A stretch of 64,000 bases of DNA from Asterias rubens. Its lineage: Eukaryota. A program made the position numbers and the translations under genes. The stretch spans positions 186,001 through 250,000 of the forward strand of contig NC_047080.1 of assembly GCF_902459465.1 (NCBI RefSeq), in the 5' to 3' direction. The notes under the pieces were generated by a model. It was not told the origin of the DNA. It saw only the letters and a program-made list of their open reading frames with translations, and searched no databases. Shown here piece after piece: positions 56,691 through 64,000 of the stretch; the stretch's first letter is position 1, and each line of letters begins with the position of its first letter.

Positions 56691-59600
56691 TCATTCAATT
56701 GCATTGAAGTAGGAATCCTGCATTGAATACAGTTTGTCGATAGGATTACTGATGCCGAGCCTGTGGTGCACCATACCATTTCCCTCGCACTCGCTACCGC
56801 TACTGTGCAGAGAGGTACCCTGACTCGTCGATATTAAGTCATCGTCGATACCGCTGTCTGTGGGTGGGGGTCCGTCAGCCATGAACATGTGCTCGTGGTG
56901 GTACATCGGTGAGGTGGAGGTCATCCCCTGGGGTGGTGGGATGGTGAGTGACATGGAGGACTCTGGGTACGGGGGAGGGTCGATCATTGGTGGGGTCATG
57001 TGTGGGGTCATGCCCTGACCCATGTCAAATTCATGGTTGCTGAGGTCATCGAATGAGAAATCATCATCGTCGTCATCCATCTTGACACATGTGCTGTCAT
57101 CACTGTCTGAATCGTCTGCAAAGTTGAAAAGAAATTATCTCATCAATACAATGATTTAAAGAATTTGACCTACTGGTGCCATTAGCCTTTTTGAGATGGT
57201 GGATATCCATAGGTGTGCACTGGCTTATAAATAAAGTTTACTCAAATCCAATGATATCATAGTGCTGTGTCTAATAGGAAACTTTCCAACGCTAGGTGGC
57301 AGCAGACATACCGGGTAAATTTCCATTGTTTACGTAGTTCTGAACATGCGCATAATTCTGAGAACAATGGATTTACCCGGTAAGTCTGCTGCCCTCTATC
57401 GTCCCAGAAAGTCTCCCATTACAGAATACAGTCGTTGTGGCAGGAGATTCTGCCCACGTACGGCAAACTTCTTCGGATGGCGCCCTCTTTTGAATCACAC
57501 TGTAGCTTCTGCAGCGCTTGTTTGACTTCTTGCCATTCGGGGGGACGTACACGATTTCCCTATGAAACTGCATTACTTGTTCAGGCCTGGAATTCAACGG
57601 ATATATCTTAGTTGGCCTTGGTGCCCCTTCAAAAGCTGCTGATACACTGGGTCTGCTTCTCTGCACTAGTAGACTGACAGTGGTCTTGTAACACACCCAT
57701 CTTGTTATAAAACAGCTTAGGATCTACCAGGTGTTTTTTGTCATCGGGCAATTGAGGAGATGCATCGAAAATGTGTTAATTTAGTTATTGTGTAAAGATC
57801 GTCTTACCATCATTCTTGTCCTTGTTGCGTCTCCGACTCTGGCCACTCCTTCTCTGAGCTGCCGCTTCCTGCTCCGTCATATTCTTCCGGGCTAATTTCT
57901 TCATCTTTAAGACAAGAGAAAACATTTTCATTAGTCTTTAGACAATCACACATCCTATCACTTTATGTCACACAAAATGTTGCCGATAACAGGTATGATT
58001 TCCTTCCTATACTTGAGTCTGATTTACCTCAGAAAAATCAGCAATTTTGTTGTGGTCTGAAAAGTCCATATGTCTACCATACTTGTAGGTCTGTAGGTCA
58101 ACCCTTTATAATAAATATTGTGAAATTCGGATCATGCCTTTGATAAGTAGTTATTGTTTTCATTATTATAACTTGCATGTTTATCACGTCGGGAAAGTTG
58201 TGGAGGTGATCGCATTTAAGTTGACCTCACAAAATATTGAAATTGGATAACAATCTCATATCTGGCTCTTAGCAATATAACAAATAAAGGTTGCTAATAT
58301 GCGTTAATTCTAAAGAAAACCTAGTTTGCAGAATTTTTACACAACGTGCGAACTTGCAGTACAGAAAGTGCTAATAAAGCAAAACAAACGAAACTAAGAA
58401 ACAAGCTCGAAAAACACACACATTCTAAGGCTTTCACTCAACAGTTCTCCACCGTTGCCAAAAACACTGGACTACCATAGCCTCTTGTACTTATTATTGA
58501 TATCAATGTATATAATTTAAAAACCTTACTGAATATACTAGCAAGTTTCAAAAGTAAGAGCAGACAAACCACTTTGTGGTTGAGACACACAAATTTTGCA
58601 TTGAGTTTATCGTCAGCAGCCTATCTGTCAATTGTACTGGGATGTTTTTTCAGACGAATTTCTCGTCAAGGGAACTCGGCAAACTACCATATAAATGCCA
58701 AGCTGGCAACAGCCAATCTGTCTCAAAATCATACGCACATTGGTAATATTTGCACCAATCAAGAAATTGTGATTCAGTTACTGGACCAAAATACTTATCT
58801 AGTCATTTTAGGAGTGTTTTTGATCAAGACAAAGGAAGAAAGAAATAGCAGCAGTGTTTAAAGAGAAGTAGATGATTCAGAATCTGATTCTGAGTTTAAT
58901 AGTTTCCTAGTTGATAGTTTTCAGAGGTGAAAGGTTCAGAGTTTCCTGCGTAACATGTAGCGAGACAAGAGGCTGGATGGGAACCCACTAATAGATGATG
59001 ATTGGACAATAATGTTTGTCAACACCAAATGCATACATACTTCAAATCTGATTTCAGTCAAAATAGTTTTGAAAGTAGACGCTCAAATCTATTAGTTTCA
59101 AGAAACTCAATAGCTATGAGCCAAAAGCTTCAAATTGGCATAGTTGTCAATCATAAAAGTGTGCCCACTGCTTTATTTTTCATGAGGTGTTGTCTAAACA
59201 TCACTATCCCTACATCAGAAGTCTGGGAACCCATCTCGTTTTTAATTTTTTTTAGAAAGCTTGAATTAATGTGTGAATTAAAATTACTTTTTGTATTCAG
59301 GATGTCTCCTGTCTCGCCCCTCACCTTAGCTCTTTGGTTCTGGAACCATACTTGTACAACACGGACACTGAGTCCTGTTTCAGCTGCAAGGGACTCACGT
59401 ACCTATAGGGTGAACAAAGACAAACCATTAATTAAAACAATGTCTGTTTACTTTTATCCGTTCACTGAAGCTGCCTTGTCTTGGTTCGCGTTTTTATAAA
59501 AGCAAATTTTGAACCTGTTCGGCGAGATCTGGTGACAATAGCATATAGTTATCTACCGCCCTCTATTGAGTTAATGGCAACACAAGAAGATCTGTTTTTA

Positions 59601-60529
59601 GCCTTAAAAATTCATACACCAAAGAATAACACTTTTTGAGAGCATCTCAAACAATATTTTATGTTGTCCATAAATAAAAATAATAGAAAAATTGAGGGAT
59701 CAGCTGAAAGCATTTTTTTCACAGGGATATTTGCTTCATTCTGGATTGTATGATGTATTAAAGATGATGTGAACAATTACAGAGACTGAACAAAAAACTT
59801 GTCTTACTTTTCTGCAAGGTTTGGATGAGACTTCAAAGGATGCCTTGAAAGCTCTTCTCTGTTGTGTTGTGAGAATCGTTCTTGGTCTCTTGGGTCCCTT
59901 TCTACCATCAGAACTTTCTTTACGTGAAACTGAAATAAAGAAAATACAGTTCCAATTAGTTTTGTTGAACCTTTTGGTGACTTCATTCATTCCTACAACA
60001 ACGTTCATGTTTAAAAAGAGGTAGTTTGACCAGTCCCAGCAATCTTGACCAGTCCCAGCAATCTTGACGAGTGTCGACTATGAGGGCAGCAGACATATTT
60101 CATGTTTTTTACATAAAAATATCAAAGTCAATTGAAGAAATAGTTTTAGTGTTTTGTGTACTTGATTGGTGAACTCTTTTCATGTAGGCCTATATTTGGT
60201 TTGTGGTAACACAATGTGTATACTTCCTTGCTGGGTGGATTATGTTCTTTTGAGAACTTGCTTTACTATATTATTATATTCTTCGATTCTTCGACTTTTT
60301 TCGGAATTTCATCTTACCTTTTTGCTCAATAGTGCTCTGTTCTTTTGTGTAGTCTTCCTTGCAGTAGAGACGATTCTCTTTCAGTACAAACTCATCTCCT
60401 TTCTTGAGTTGTTGCCTACAGATGACACACGTGAAGCATCTTAGGTGATACACGTTGCTAAGTGCCCGCATCACTAGTTCACTAGAGGGAATGGATTGCA
60501 AACAGCCATTGCACTTTGTTCCAAATAAC
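56691..60529 (-). CDS. LMX1: LMX1-type LIM-homeobox transcription factor, 3' part (LIM2, homeodomain, C-terminus); the LIM1 exon was not found in the window
   Basis: Exons 60318-60529 ([40 protein letters not shown]), 59808-59929 ([31 protein letters not shown]), 59325-59402 ([26 protein letters not shown]), 57808-57904, 56691-57115 ([14 protein letters not shown], the LMX1 terminal motif). Phases match. Confidence 0.96.
57272..57421. mobile_element. Palindromic MITE in the last LMX1 intron carrying CTCF-like motifs
   Basis: Arms AATAGGAAACTTTCC..CTAGGTGGCAGCAGACATACCGGGTAAAT mirrored by ATTTACCCGGTAAGTCTGCTGCCCTCTA..AGAAAGTCTCCCATT. Confidence 0.8.
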
Positions 60530-63500
60530 CTACGTCAAAAGAAAGAAGATAAAGACAAACAGGGGGTTATTAGAATTGTTCATCAACTGGATATTTTGGT
60601 CAGCAAGAAGTGGTTAGGAATGGTAGTATTTTTATTAGTAATACACAGTGGATAAAGTTTTTACAATACCACGCGCACCACCCAGATACCTTGATAATAA
60701 TATTTAAACAAAACGTGATAAATTTAAAGGATATTCATCTTAATAACTCAAAATGTAATAACATTTGAAAAAAACTTTTAACAAACAATGGCCAGATTGT
60801 TTTAACAACCACGTTCTATGATACAAACAAAATATCGTTTTAAGGCATACGTGTACGCTACTCTGTTGTGATTTTTTACCCAGTATTAATACGTTTATGC
60901 CTGTGTCGTGTGTCAACTCTTTTAGCCTCACATGCGACGTGAGATTTGTTGTTGTTCCGCACAGAGCAAAATAGCTCTTAAAACAGTTCATGTGTAATTA
61001 TTCTATTCACGCTCCAAGAATTAAGCCTTCCCACCCAAACAAAAGATATATCGGCTGGGTTTAGAAGGGATCCTACAGGGGTGTCTTAAGGGGTCACAAA
61101 GACACAAGGGAGGTGCTGAACAATAGACGAGGTTTTGTCTCAGCCCTCAGGGGGAGCGTTACTTAATACCCAGTGAGCCATTATTTGCTGTTGGGCCTAA
61201 GCGGATTGTTGCGTGAGCATGAATATATCAGATGTTGCACAGTTCGATCATGGTGGGGCAGGTTTATATAATGATGATGCCGTCTTGAAACAAAGAAGGG
61301 AGGACTTTGGGGTTTAAGAGTGGGTTCTTTTCTTCTTGCTTTCTTTGTCTTACTGTTTGGGAGTTGATCCTATTTACGGATTGCCTTATTTGTTTCACTA
61401 GTTTTAAATACAAAACGACTTTGAATTCAGCTAATGCTCAATTCGCAGTGTTTTTCTTGCAGTACAGGTTGAACATGAAGATCGCGCATAACTTTATTTC
61501 GAGATATCGGAGCATGCAGGGACAATTAAGTTGTATTGTATTGTATTTGAATTTAATTGGAAACGGGTAGTCCTATTTACAATTTGAATAAATATAATTC
61601 TACTTTATTGTGAGTTAAACAGTCACAAGTAACCAACTTCTGTTCACATGATACCCCGATGTTTTAATGGCAAGCAATTCCCATCTATTGAGAGCATTTA
61701 ATGAATTTCCCAGTCTCCCTGTTCCAATATTCCCTGACTGTTCATTCTGCGTGACTTCCTGTAGCCAGACAGCGCAAGATGTACAGATCACGTGGCGCTT
61801 TAATGTCTTTATAATCTAGTAAGAACGCTACCTTTCAAGTCACACGGCGCGCTGCTGAGGCAGAATCCATGCTTGCCCATTGTTCATGCAATTAGAACCC
61901 ATTGTGGGCCTAGAATGCAGTAAGTTGTCCTGCTTGATTCTCAGAGCAGCACCAATGATCATACCAGCATGCTTGATTTGACATTCATTTGGGTTCAGTG
62001 TCCACTAAAGCCCTCTTAAATTGGCAAGATGCTGCAAGTGTCTTAATACCGCAGGCAGTGTGTGAGAGCAACAGTGATTTTTGTTTCTTCTTCTCAGTGC
62101 AAATGAGTAATTAAGGATCCCTTTATTGTTGCAATTGTTGTCAAACAAGACTTTTGCCGTGTCCTTGTGTCTTTGGCAATAACAGATCGTCAAGATTGTG
62201 CGAAAGCAATATGTGGGAATAATTGAGCAATTAACATCACCTTTGTTGTTATTTATTGATTGCCTCTTTTGTTTCGCCTTGTGTGTAATTATCTTGTGGT
62301 CATCTCTCGCCAGCCAGTGATTGATGTTAAATTGAACCATTGTCTGTAAAAGACCATGGAATTGGTCTCGTACCAATACGAGGGCTCAATCACAGGCTTG
62401 GTGTCAGATTAACGTGGAGTAATAGCTTAATTGAATCTTATGGTACATGATGTAAATCTGTTAATTGCCACCTTACAGAAGACTTCACAAATCATCAATC
62501 ATCATTATTTTTATTGACCAAAATACAAAATCCCTCCAATCTGAGGGAACCTATAGGCTCGAATACCAAATTTTCTCAAAAATATAACATGCCATTGTTG
62601 AGAAATTTGTGTACAAGAAATTATATGATAAATTCAAGATTGCCTTGTATAGATGTTGCCAAGCAAAAAACATGTTATACTAGTGAGATGTTCAAAGTGT
62701 TACATGATAATAAATTGTAGTCGAAGGTTCTCTTGAAGCAATATATCTCGCTAAAAAGCAGGTCCCTGAAAAATCCCCCCCTGTTATTGGATATGACGAA
62801 AACACAAGTTCAAAACTGGCAATAAACTCAAATATTTGTTCATATTGCTTGGAAGATGCTCTGTCCGTAGAGTTGTCAATAATCCACACTATTTTGCAGA
62901 GTGGCCATGCTTCTATGCCTCTTGCTTTAATACCAGCGATTCGGCAGGAAACGACACAAAGGTCATCTCCATGGTAACACATCTACCATAAGGCATTTAG
63001 TTACTTGTCCTGTCACAAAACCCTCGCAGAAATCTGCTTTATTGCACCGTTAATAACACATACTTGGAATTTTATGAAGGGATGGTGCAATAAGGCAGAT
63101 GTATGACAAAGATGGAACTGTAAAAAAACAGAACACTTTGAAATTGCAAACAAATGAAACATTTTTCACGATGCACAATGTTTATTTACTGATTCCAAAA
63201 TGTTACCGAAACACCAATTTATCTGCATACAATTTTACCCCTTCCAATGACAATTTACATGCTGTATTTATGAACATTCTTTGTTTGTGATACATTTTAT
63301 ATAAAAAACATGGAAACAAGCTTTTGCTGTGATTCGTCACAGCAACAAACATGGACACACGCTTTTGTTGTGACTCGTCACAGCTTTAAACGCATTCACT
63401 ACCCTTCTTGAACCCCCCCCTTTCCCCTTCTGCGTCACGCCCCTTTCCTGATATATGAATAACCTGTCCATATATTTGGTTATAACCTGTAGTTTTACAA

Positions 63501-64000
63501 GTTGATTGATGAGTTGTGTTTCGGGCCACAAGGCTCAGAATTCATAAGTGGAGACTGTCGGCTCTGTGTTCAAGTCTAATATATCTTGCTCAGTACGAAC
63601 TATATGGTACACATCATACCTGTTCTGTCATATTGCATTTCTTGTTGTCATTCGTAGTTCGTTCGAAAATTGCGGCCAACATAAAATGTTAACGTCGAAA
63701 GAGTGATGTATAGTGCAAGGTTTATTCTTGAGTCAAGACTTCGTCATTGTTAGCAGCGTTGATTTAAAGCCAATAAGAATGTGACCGTTCGTTGATCAAT
63801 AAAAACCAATATGAAAAATGGCTGTGATGGTTATAATAGTGAGTATGATATGTGGGTTTTTATAAAAAAGCCCAATTTGTGAGGTGCTCGGATTCCAGCA
63901 TAGCTATCATAAGGAAACATCTTGTTTGATTTATGCACAATCACGCTCGGTATATTGAGCATAGCCCCTGTGCTCTGTCGTCATCCATCTTAATTAATCC

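Noticed and set aside
59002-59499. 165-aa + strand ORF
   Set aside because: Antisense to an LMX1 homeobox exon and intron, with no recognisable motif.

Overview
AT-rich, intron-containing animal genomic DNA, most likely from an invertebrate deuterostome such as a sea star (inferred from the proteins and repeat content, not proven). Eight protein-coding genes were reconstructed by hand from GT-AG boundaries and reading phase: PIGK (5' part, -), GTF2B/TFIIB (+, complete), a DED-prodomain caspase with an atypical QACRA active site (-, complete), a CaRF-domain/MULE-transposase/SWIM fusion gene that looks domesticated (+, complete), DAXX (-, complete), intronless NRARP (+), PHYHD1 (+, complete) and the 3' part of an LMX1-type LIM-homeobox gene (-). 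Introns and spacers are dense in MITEs, tRNA-derived SINE-like repeats and young minisatellites. The least explained structure is a 4.08 kb segment (19686-23766) bounded by inverted copies of a promoter-like module. It contains a spliced-looking unit with no long ORF and lies between the caspase and the CaRF-MULE gene. No database searches were run; family names come from recognising motifs.
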